In this document: piece by piece, positions 13,601 through 23,906 of the stretch | Layout: each line of letters starts with the position of its first letter | How positions within the stretch are numbered: the stretch's first letter is position 1 | From: Asterias rubens | Lineage: Eukaryota | Assembly (NCBI RefSeq): GCF_902459465.1 | Contig: NC_047080.1 | Span: 186,001-250,000 of the forward strand | Length of the DNA: 64,000 bases | Direction of reading: 5' to 3' | Notes under the pieces: generated by a model | The model's database searches: none | The model's input: only the letters and a program-made list of their open reading frames with translations | What the model was told of the DNA's origin: nothing | Made by a program: the position numbers and the translations under genes

Positions 13601-15758
13601 AAAGATATTAAATAAATCATAATAAACAACTCATGCACCATCTTTGTCATGCCCCATGTTATCAAAATAAAGTTATTAATAATTACAACATAACTCTGAA
13701 CAGATGTTAAATTTTCATCGGGGGATACTGCATGTTATTTGTTTTTACCCTTGAATATAACAATAATAACAATAATAACCGTATTTATAACGCGCCTTTT
13801 GCCAGAGGATACAAAGCGCCAGGTATTATTACTGCAAGGAGTGGGGTGAATTTTGAGATATGACCTAATCCTTAAGCACCATGTAATGGTTTACAAGGTG
13901 CTGTGGCGCAATATGCTGCCAATCCAGCCAGGAACACCGGGGCGAACCCCTTCTCTTTTCGATAAGTGCACTGGGTTATTTTACATGCGTTTACACAACA
14001 CATTGGACCAACGGCTTTATGTCCCATCCGAAGGACGAAGCAATGGTTATGTGTCTTGCTTAAGGACACAAGTGCCATGGCTGGGGAATTGAACCCACAC
14101 TCTGCTGATCAGAAACACCAGAGTTTGAATTCGGTGCTCTTAACCGCTCGGCCACGACACTCCCTCAACACAATTGAAAGATATTTAGTGGACTCAAACG
14201 TCATCATTTGAACTTTCGTTTCCTTTTTTTTCTTTACAAAGTGAATCTTTCAGTCAATTAAAAAAAATCCCAAGACCACCGAAATTGTTCAGTCCTAAAT
14301 TTACTGGCTCCAGGTCATCCTGGTCAGAACCCTGGTCCAATGTTAAATTATTAAGTAGGATTTGAAACTTTGCATGGTGGAAATACGATATAGAAAGGTT
14401 TGCGGTAACACCATGTAATGACTATCTCTAATGAGTAGGATTTGAAACTTTGCATGGTGGAAATACGATATAGAAAGGTTTGCGCTAACACCATGTAATG
14501 ACTATCTCTAATGAGTAGGATTTGAAACTTTGCATGGTGGAAATACGATATAGAAAGGTTTGCGCTAACACCATGTAATGACTATCTCTAATGAGTAGGA
14601 TTTGAAACTTTGCATGGTGGAAATACGATATAGAAAGGTTTGCGCTAACACCATGTAATGCCTATCTCTAATGAGTAGGATTTGAAACTTTGCATGGTGG
14701 AAATACGATATAGAAAGGTTTGCGCTAACACCATGTAATGACTATCTCTAATGAGTAGGATTTGAAACTTTGCATGGTGGAAATACGATATAGAAAGGTT
14801 TGCGCTAACACCATGTAATGACTATCTCTAATGAGTAGGATTTGAAACTTTGCATGGTGGAAATACGATATAGAAAGGTTTGCGGTAACACCATGTAATG
14901 ACTATCTCTAATGAGTAGGATTTGAAACTTTGCATGGTGGAAATACGATATAGAAAGGTTTGCGGTAACACCATGTAATGACTATCTCTAATGAGTTGGG
15001 GTGGTTCTGAAAAAAACCGTTGGTTTCAACTCACCGTTTCGATCAGTTTGCTCTGATCGTTAAATTGTGAGTTGGGCTACATGATTAACTTGACTTACTT
15101 CTGTCACTCCGGGAATTGTTCACGTTGAGCGGACGGTTTGTTTCCATTACACTTACTGAAGTACATCCAGCGTCTGCTTGGTCTCCTCTCTCCACATAAA
15201 AACCTAGAGATGCAAAAATTAAGAACATTTCTCAGACGCTAAGATTGAAAAATGCATCTCTTTTTAATAATAATATGGATTTATAAAGCACTTCTCTATA
15301 AAACCAAAGCATTGTACATTTGAAAATTGCTCTTTACAAAGTAACTTTCTTTGCTATCAACTATTTTAAGTAACTACCAATAGTGTTCAGCCCCTTTATT
15401 GGGTGATTTTCATATCACATATTTGTTTTTGTAACCTACCTTCTTTTTCCAACTCAGCCTCGGTTGATTCTATTTTAGTCAGAATTTCATCATTTTCACA
15501 TTGCTCAAGGACCTTCTTCAGATTTCTATAATCCACTGTATGTGAGGGGTGAGTTTTCACTTTGAACACCCCTTTGTGCTCCATTTTGTCAAGTAATTTT
15601 TGTGGTGTGTCCAATTTTTCCAATTCTCCAGCCAGGAATCCACCATACTCCTTTGTTTTGACGGTGTTCTTCATTTGATTAAACAGATCTCTATCTATGG
15701 CTTTGGTCAAGTAGACAAGCAAAGCCGAGTGAGCTTTGGGTTTTCCTGTTCGAGACAT
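10673..15758 (-). CDS. Initiator-type caspase with N-terminal death-effector-domain-like prodomain, about 418 aa
   Basis: Exons 15440-15758, 15099-15203, 13435-13572, 12656-12888, 12131-12218, 11377-11541, 10673-10881 (1257 nt, phases match). Motifs GYLLFINNF..RRKG, FVFILGSHG (catalytic His), KPKVFIIQACRA (catalytic Cys), ADMLISYAT, KAWR..GTWYI, KQMP. The acceptor at 15807 implies an upstream 5' UTR exon. The 15099-15203 exon is the least certain. Confidence 0.9.
11851..12077 (+). mobile_element. 5'-truncated CR1/L2-type LINE 3' end
   Basis: Translates as WNLLPKQVNESPTLDVFKNKL, the typical ORF2 C-terminal motif. It is followed by a UTR and a (GAT)n tail at 12062-12077. Confidence 0.65.
12280..12630. 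mobile_element. MITE with TTAAAGG..CTTT(C)AA ends (Kolobok/piggyBac-like TTAA target)
   Basis: Degenerate TIRs TTAAAGGTACCGCAC / GTGTCTAGTGGCTTTCAA. Related fragments near 16260-16313, 26500-26610, 42457-42900 and 46190-46462. Confidence 0.65.
13757..14160 (-). mobile_element. tRNA-derived SINE
   Basis: Minus-strand head GTGTCGTGGCCGAGCGG (A box) and GGTTCAATTCC (B box), a central GTGTCCTTAAGCAAGACAC motif and a (TTA)n-type tail. Related copies at about 210-345, 49080-49340 and 50640-50870; a second SINE type with CAGGTACCCAT..TACCCCT at about 540-750 and 13020-13240. Confidence 0.8.
14355..14997. repeat. 80-bp minisatellite, 8 near-identical copies, in a caspase intron
   Basis: TTTGAAACTT recurs at 14361, 14441, 14521, 14601, 14681, 14761, 14841 and 14921. 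Confidence 0.97.
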
Positions 15759-16400
15759 TTTAGAAGATCACTCCCTCGCAGTTTGGCAGAACTTCAATAA
15801 CAGTGAGCTGTTTAGGAAGAAAAAAAAGATGTCATTATATTTATACATCAAAACAACTACTCAAGCTATCTAGCCCTAACTAAAAGATAGCTTCATTGTT
15901 TTTTGTAAAAATCTTGTTAAAGTGCAAGTCAGAAGCGATCTTGTGTCTTTGGCTGATTGCTTGCATGTCAACGAGGTAACCCCATCAATAGTGGCGATAC
16001 GCTCGACTCCCTCCGCACTTTGGCCCTATACCCGGCCCATGTAGCTTCAGGGTGTTAAAACAATATTTGAATAGAAACCCTAAATTTTAAACCTATTTTT
16101 TTCCCTAAAACTAAAAGACAAAAAGAGGGTGCTCTAGATCTAGCTAGGACTTAAAAAAAAAAATCTTCAGGAAATGAGTCCGGGGGAAAAAATTACTATT
16201 TGTTATTCCAATCTTGCTCTTTGGTTATTCTATGCATGTATGTTTGGACACACCAACCACCAACCAAGTGAGAATCTGGTCTTTGAAAATTACCAAACAG
16301 GTGTCCAGTGCCTTGTTTAGGCATGTTAGGCCTGACATACCAACACTTGACTTGTTAGGGGATGGCACTGGCTGTGACAGTCGAGTCACTCAACATATAC

Positions 16401-16762
16401 CAGACCTACCAAGTCTCACGCATTAGGCGTGAGAGTCACGCATTTGGGCTCTGTGTCACGCTCACACGCACAGCAACCATTTTCTCACGCACTGGGGCCA
16501 GACAGGGAAACAAATAAAAATTAACGACAATGCATTGCCAAATCGCGCTTGTGTGTACAAAAAACGCAATCTACAATGTTTGCACAATCTTCAGATTGCA
16601 CGCAGTTTTTATCAGAATCATCAACTTGCTGCCGTACAAACAGAGCGCAAATTTGCAGATTGCGCACGCTTTTGCTCTCCCAGCAGGTTCGGGGGGGGGG
16701 GGGGGGGGGGGTGAGCTTTGAAAAATCTCACGCAAAGCTGGCCTCTGGACTTGGCATCTTTG
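16401..16762. mobile_element. Degenerate hAT-like MITE containing a 21-G tract
   Basis: CAGACCTACCAAGTC / GACTTGGCATCTTTG imperfect TIRs, CTCACGC subterminal repeats, poly-G at 16691-16711. No TSD seen. Confidence 0.5.
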
Positions 16763-17057
16763 CATTCAACTTAGACTCGATGACAAACTCAGGAAAGTGA
16801 AATTGACCACTCTGGAGTGCAGGAGGCTGCGAGGAGATCTTAAATCGAGACCTTTATGATACTCAGGGGCCTCGAGGGCTTAAACCCTGAACACTGATTT
16901 GTCAACCATGCAGCACAGACAGGGGCCACCAACTAACTGTACAAATAAAGATCAAACCTCAACCTCAGGAAGTTCTGGTTTAGCCAGAGTGGTAAATTAG
17001 TGGAATACTCCATAGAGAGGCAATTGAAGCTACTACTAACACTTTCAAAGGAATTAT

Positions 17058-18065
17058 GGTCATCTCGCCACCTGACAAGCTCGCCCCCAACAAAGTCACC
17101 CCCTGCAAAGTCACCCCCTACCCAGCTAGCCCTGGGTTGAAACAAAGTCACCCCCTGCAAAGTCACCCCCTACCCAGCTAGCCCTGGGTTGAAACAAAGT
17201 CACCCCCTGCAAAGTCACCCCCTACCCAGCTAGCCCTGGGTTGAAACAAAGTCACCCCCTGCAAAGTCACCCCCTACCCAGCTAGCCCTGGGTTGAAACA
17301 AAGTCACCCCCTGCAAAGTCACCCCCTACCCAGCTAGCCCTGGGTTGAAACAAAGTCACCCCCTGCAAAGTCACCCCCTACCCAGCTAGCCCTGGGTTGA
17401 AACAAAGTCACCCCCTGCAAAGTCACCCCCTACCCAGCTAGCCCTGGGTTGAAACAAAGTCACCCCCTGCAAAGTCACCCCCTACCCAGCTAGCCCTGGG
17501 TTGAAACAAAGTCACCCCCTGCAAAGTCACCCCCTACCCAGCTAGCCCTGGGTTGAAACAAAGTCACCCCCTGCAAAGTCACCCCCTACCCAGCTAGCCC
17601 TGGGTTGAAACAAAGTCGCCCCCTGGCAATGTCGCCCCCAAACAATGTCGCTCCCTAGCAAAGTCACCCCCACTGACAATGTCGCCCCCAGCCAATGTCG
17701 CCCCCTACCAAAATCGCCCCCAGATGTTGTTCGGAAAATATTAATTAAGGCTACAATACTTAATGGTAAAAAAATATAGTTAATACATTAACCCTAACCC
17801 TAACCCTAACCCTAACCAATACAATAATAAGCCATTATTACCGAAAGAATCCTTAATTATTTTCCGGGGGCAACTTTGCTGGGGCGATATTGGCTTGGGG
17901 CAACATTGTCAGGGGGCGCCTTTGCTAGGGGGCGACATTGTTTTGGGGCGACATTGTCAGGCCCTCAGGGGGCGACTTTTGTAACAACTCCGGGCGAGCC
18001 AGTTAGGGGTCGACTTTGCGGGGGCGACTTTATTGGTAGCGAGCTTGCTAGGTGGCGAGATGACC
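17058..18065. mobile_element. 1-kb foldback element with GTCGCCCC subterminal repeats, an internal 52-bp minisatellite and a central (TAACCC)n tract
   Basis: TIR GGTCATCTCGCCACC at 17058 and its reverse complement ending at 18065. 52-bp array 17091-17620, about 10 copies. TAACCC x4.8 at 17789-17817. Confidence 0.85.
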
Positions 18066-19114
18066 AGCCTACTTTCAAGGCCAAGGGACATCGAGAAAAA
18101 TTCCTAAGCTTATTCATTCGATATGAATGAAATATCCTGGTGTCATGTGTTTTCAGTAGGATAACAGGAAAATTGTACACAATCAAAAACTAAATATTTT
18201 TTTTTCAAATCATCTATCAAATTTTTTAACAATAACACTTTCACTTCATGGTGTGTTGAAATTTTTAAAGTTTTGGTTTTACGTTGCGAGAGACAGTCCG
18301 CCATTAACAGTGCTTGTGCATGCACGACATTGGAGCAACGTCATATGTTTTCACACCTTTCATTGGTTGGTATTTTATTGAATATTCAGAAGCTAGTATG
18401 GCGGGCAAAGTAAATCAAAAATACTATTCAATTAGTACTTAACAAATTTAATTACATTTTTGTCCTAAGGCATTATGGCTACTATATTAGAATCCAGAGA
18501 TATCATAAGGCATGAAAGTAAAACACCCCACCCCCCCCTTGATGCACTCACACTTCATAACAATCCGTTTTCCCCCATTTCAGACCAGTAATGTTTGGTT
18601 TCAGGAGATAAGAAACCAATCTATGATATTTTCTCTTAAATGTAGACTTAATATTTATTACGCTTATCGGAATTTATAACAGTTATGCAGTAAATAAATA
18701 AAAAATATTGTTGTCATTTTCACTTAAAATATTTTAATATTTTCCCCACATTTGCACACCATAGAATCCCAAATAGTAACCACCTCACGTGATCCATCTA
18801 GTGACTAAAGCAGAATGAAACTCAATCCTAGCAGATAGTAATTTTGTTTTGAACTTTCGAGGTTGGATGATGTTTCTTTGACTCACTTGAATGTTGGCAT
18901 AATAATGCACTAGTGATTAGTACCAAAAATCAATCATTTTATAAATGTTTGAGCATAACCAACGAACGGAAACTTTATTCTCAGCATGATTAAGCCTGAT
19001 GAAAATACAGACCGTAAGTAAACTGCATAGCTTCTGTCACCGGTGCAGCTTGCACAATTTCGCGGTAAACGGGAATCAAAGTTGGGGACCGAAACCATGC
19101 CATATGAGGGTCGA

Positions 19115-19431
19115 TAAGGCCGAGTAAAAAAAAAAACATGTTTCACGTCCGGGTTTTTCAAAAAAAGGAGGAAGAGGGGCTTTTTATTTTTTATTTCAAG
19201 ATGGCCGCCATTCTTTGTTAAAATGTCAAATATCCATTGTTTTTTCTACTGCTGAAATACACAAAACATAAATGAAACAATTGAGTTGAGGCATTCACTG
19301 AGATCATTTAAAATAACCCTATTTAAAAAGAAGAAAAAAAATGTGCATAAAAAATAAAATAAAAAAGGAGGCGGCCTGTAAAAAGGAAGCGGGCGGGGAC
19401 GCGAAACATGTTTTTTTTTTACTTGGTCTAA
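19115..19431. mobile_element. MITE with about 35-bp TIRs
   Basis: TAAGGCCGAGTAAAAAAAAAAACATGTTTCACGTCC versus the reverse complement of GGACGCGAAACATGTTTTTTTTTTACTTGGTCTAA. Confidence 0.7.
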
Positions 19432-19685
19432 CGTATGACGCTACGAATTTACCTCAATGAGAGATATCCCTTTTTGTAAAAATGAGTGAAAAAGTGGTGG
19501 CGCCATACGTAAAGTTATCCACACCCCAAGCACATACTGTGTTTTTTTTTTACATTGATGATGAAAATTGTGAAAACAAGCACATTTTACTTACTATCTT
19601 AATGTTGATGTTTTGGGACGTCAGCACTCTCCACAATCGGGTGATAATCAGAACCAGGAATTAACTAAAATCACCAGGGACTTTC

Positions 19686-19770
19686 CATAGACCTTATTGC
19701 AGATAGCAATTTTGAACAACTGCGCATGTGCGCGCAAAGGACTGTGGGAAAAATTTGGCACCTCGCTCAA
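19686..19770 (+). promoter_or_regulatory. Promoter-like module, copy 1 (ZNF143/Staf site plus NRF1-like motif)
   Basis: CATAGACCTTATTGCAGATAGCA, then TGCGCATGTGCGCGCA, then CGCAAAGGACTGTGGGAAA (reverse complement close to the Staf consensus). CpG-rich. Confidence 0.65.
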
Positions 19771-19818
19771 AAAAGTAAACAACGTTCAACGTTCGTACAC
19801 GATCGATCGGTTTGCAAA

Positions 19819-22087
19819 ATGGATGTGGCAGGAGTGACCGAGAAAGAGCTGGTTGATAGAATAAATAGTTCTGGCATAGACAAACTAAGGTAATCTTTAG
19901 CTAAAGTGAATGTGACAAGACACAGTAGTTAAAGACAAACTCCAAAGGCGACATTTTTTCGCGATAAAATTACTGTTTTTAGGTTTGCCCGTCTACGTCT
20001 GTAGGGCGTCGGAAGACTGACATTGACAAGGTCAATGGCGAGAAGTTGCAACACGGATCAGTGACCCTCCCGCAACCATCAGTCACCCTCGAAGGATCGG
20101 AAATAACAACCAAAACTTCCCACCAGTGACTCCGATTTGTGCTGATAAATACTTCGACAAAAGCATGGACGACCTCCATGACAAAAGTAAGACATTTTTT
20201 TCTGTTACAAAACAGAGAAACATTGCCAAGGTCATGATGATCGAGGACTGTCATGACTGTTTTACAAAAAATAAAAACATTTCTTATTCCTGGTCTAGAT
20301 AGAGTCTAGATATAGCTCTATGGATAAAGCCCATCAATGGTTACATTGTCTTGATTCGATTGTATCTGTAATACTGATCAGCAATGACGTGGACGTAAAT
20401 AGAATAGCTTTCAATCATGGTAGTTGTACATTTTTAAAACTTTATGTGGCAGATGATACTTTTTCCTTATTTCTCACACCATCAACTTTTTAGGTCTACC
20501 ACTGATATGGTTCAAAATTAAAGTGACCAAAAGTGACTAAGTAATTGTGGTTTATGTTTATATTTATTAATATAAATCTATTTCTACCTCCATGGTTATA
20601 CCGTAGATCATGACATGACAAGTACGACAAGTGTAGGTCCTAGCATACTTCTAGTTTCTAGAACTTACAAGTAGTCCTAGCATAAACATGTTTTTATCAA
20701 GGGTTCAGTTTATACAAGTTTGATGTACACGTATTGTACGAACATGATTCTGTGTATAATATAATTACATACTTTGTGCTTTGTTTTGTGCATGTATTAC
20801 AAAAATGATACTTTTAGTACACTGTACCATAAAGCATCAAGTTGTAAGCTTTATTGTTAGACCCTACTGGTACTGTAATAATGGTATGTTTGTTATGCCT
20901 ATAATTTTATCATATGATATGAGACTATGAGTTTTTGTAGGTTTGTAATTCGAAAAGCAAGGACTAGGTCACATGAGCGAAACCCTTCTTAAGGTAGGAA
21001 TTTGAAAAAAGAATATAATTTCTTTTTAATTTTTGTTTTCAAATAAGTTTGATTTATTCAACAACAAAAATAGATTCTGCATTGGGCATCCTCAAAAAAT
21101 AAATCCTTTTGGTTTTACTTGGAAATTGTTACCATTTAACTTTATTATTTTGGGGGCAACTATCCCAATTAATACATTTTTGATTCTAAACGATTCTAAA
21201 CTAATTATACTGATAGGTCTCATTTTGTAGTTTGGTGAAAAGTCATTTCAAACCTTGCCATCAAAGAAGAAGTATTGTGAGCACTTAAATGTGATTCTCT
21301 GCAAACTCTGCATCTTAAAAATTTGGATTTAAATTAACAAGTAAGTTGACTGGCACTGTGGTCAGGTGGTTCAGGGCCCACTAATAATGGGTTCAGTACT
21401 GCCAGAGGCAATTTGTAATGTATTAAGCTGTCTCATGACTTCACAAAGCCATTAAAACAATTGATATTTATTAAGCTGCAGCCACCTTTGGCAAACACGG
21501 CATGCATGTCAGAGTCCTTGTTCACAAAAAGACTCTAGAAGAGGGATCAGACTATCTTCTACACCCACAGGTTGGAATGGAATCTAAAGATGACAGTGCC
21601 ATGATAAAACTGCAGCTTTGTATAAAACCTGTGACAAATTCTTGTTTGTGAATGCTATATCATGCATGTTGTGAGTTTAACTCCCGAGGTTGGTGTGAAA
21701 ACAATTGTTCACAATCTAACCAGCATCTGTAATTATTTGACCCATTTTATGGTGAGAGTTTAAAGGTTTCATTGATAACTGTGGGTACACATAATTTAAC
21801 TCTTGCTGAAAATAAATCCAAACCTGTCACACTTTTTGTTCAATATATTTGTTTACAAACACTTTTATTTTATAATTTCCATCCTTTAATTTTTTTCTTC
21901 AAATATCTAAATTGGTAATATTAACTTTATAACACACTTGGTATTTTCATGGCCCCTTAAAAACACTTACATTGCAGTTTACTTCACTCAATTATTATCT
22001 ACCCTTGTTTGCCTCAGGTATTGTTCATGTTGACTGTACTGAGGCAGTTAACTACAACCCTCTAGATCTTTGCAATTGCAACCCTTG
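19819..22087 (+). ncRNA. Putative multi-exon transcription unit without a long ORF (lncRNA, micropeptide gene or decayed gene)
   Basis: Co-oriented candidate exons 19819-19889, 19983-20186, 20861-20883, 20941-20993, 21231-21340, 21571-21670, 22018-22087, with pyrimidine-rich AG acceptors and donors GTAAGA, GTATGT, GTAGGA, GTAAGT, GTGAGT. The spliced ORF is only 30 aa. Confidence 0.4.
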
Positions 22088-23696
22088 GTATTATTTAAAT
22101 CTTTGCATTATGAAGTATTATTGTATGATTTAAGTAACCAGAATAAATGAAGCTTTAAACTCTTTAAGACAGTGGAAATGGACGTTTGGACAGTGTTATT
22201 GTTTGTATTGTATTGTATTATTCTACTTTCTCTGAGAATTGTAGCCTACAACCGCAGGACGCCACGCACAGGCATATTAAGAAGCATTTGCGATACCTTC
22301 GCTTGCGTCACAGTTCACTCTGCAATTAACATTTATCTTTTCATCGCCAATTTACGTGTCATCAGTCAAAAATGGCCTCAAGAGCATGAAGACACACACA
22401 CACACACACAGCCTTTAGTCAATTCAGAAGATGGTCAATGAGCTCTCCTGCAGCAAAAGAAGTAGGATGTGGTTGGTCGAGTCCACAAAACAACAGTACA
22501 GATCACATCTTTGGAGTGAACACAGAACTGGGAGAATAACTGCTTCCAATATGAGTCCTGTCACGAAGCATGTTGATGCACAAGTAATTATCTGAAAGAT
22601 AAAGCAGACAAAAACTAAGGGAATAAATGAGTGGTTACAAGTTCTTAAAAAGGCGTTTAAAACAGGCAGGGTCGTGGTCGTTCAGCCCTTGTTTCCTCTT
22701 TTACGTGTCTTATTTGATGACCTGACATGTGTTGCATTTTAATGACTGAGACAGTTTTCGGATGCATTGTGTGGTGTGTGCGTAGTTAGTCTTGGTGCAA
22801 GACGTTTCTTGTTTTGCTTTCACACCCAGCGCGGCCAACTCACAAACATCACCCGTATCGGTGAAACATCTAGCACCAAGACCAGCACATATTATGCATA
22901 AACATATCCGAAAACAACCGGTTATAAACAGCTCCAGCTGGTCTTTATCACTCGTTAACTTTAAACACCCTGACCCCACGTGAAGCGCTTTCCACCACAA
23001 CAGGAATGCAGATAGCGAAACTGATTGAGGCATTTATGAATGATCTTTTGCCTTGTAAATCATAACCAAACACTCTGCCCTGAAAGTCAGTCATGACTAA
23101 TATGACTATGAGCTAATTAATGAGCAGTATCATTATCAGAATATTGATATTATATTCTGAATATAATATCAATATCTGTTATTATCTCTAAAAAATGTTG
23201 AGGAATATATAATTGAATAGGCCTATGTTTCTTTTTTAGTTTCTACCACCAATCACACATAAATCTAGCCTATACAATACTCAAACTGTAGCCTACAGCT
23301 TGCTGGGTTTGACATGCTTGATGATTTAATCATGACCCGGTCATGATTAAATCATCAACAAGCTTTATTGATATTTTATTAAACTATTTTGTGTTCATTC
23401 AAAGTCAAAAGAACATGCATGGACCTACCTACGTATGTACATACATGTACACTCCCTCGTTCTTCCGTTGAGTCGCAAAGCACACACACTGGTCCGATGG
23501 CATTATTGTCGTAGTTTTTTATATTAATAATACACATCTGACATGGCTAAATAAAGCATGGAGGTACACCCATTCGTGGGTGAAACTGTCTTCCGCCACA
23601 GAAGCATAACCGTCCACCACAAACAATGTCAATGTTTACAAACTTATTGTTTACAAAAAAACTTTGTAGAACACGTTACGTGACGACCGTATAACT

Positions 23697-23766
23697 GGAG
23701 GTGCAAAATATTTCCCACAATCCTTTGCGGGAAGTCGGATTTATGCTATCTGCAATAAGGTCTATG
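23697..23766 (-). promoter_or_regulatory. Promoter-like module, copy 2 (inverted), 140 bp upstream of the CaRF-MULE ATG
   Basis: TTTCCCACAATCCTTTGCG matches the Staf/ZNF143 consensus with one mismatch. The terminal 23-bp block is identical to copy 1. Confidence 0.65.
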
Positions 23767-23906
23767 CTAGTATGGTACCGCCGTCGTCGAAGAGGGCGTT
23801 CTATAGTGACCCGGCGACCGTTTGCGGTTTATGTATTTGCGGCAGAGAGAGTAGAGAGAGAGCACGAAACAGTCGCCGTCGTTTGATTGCCGCATTTGCA
23901 AACAAA

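Noticed and set aside
13630-13695. Possible duplicated caspase exon remnant (SYVVIINNF)
   Set aside because: The similarity is limited to a few AT-rich codons and there is no matching donor or frame.
14355-14997. Regular arrays (also 3505-3950, 17091-17620, 29967-30540) as CRISPR-like loci
   Set aside because: The units are tandem with no unique spacers, there are no cas genes, and the context is eukaryotic.
17789-17817. TAACCC repeats as a sign of a chromosome end or fusion
   Set aside because: Fewer than five copies, embedded at the centre of a TIR element.
20234-20380. Box C (ATGATGA) suggesting a C/D snoRNA in the putative lncRNA
   Set aside because: No D box with a terminal stem at a suitable distance.
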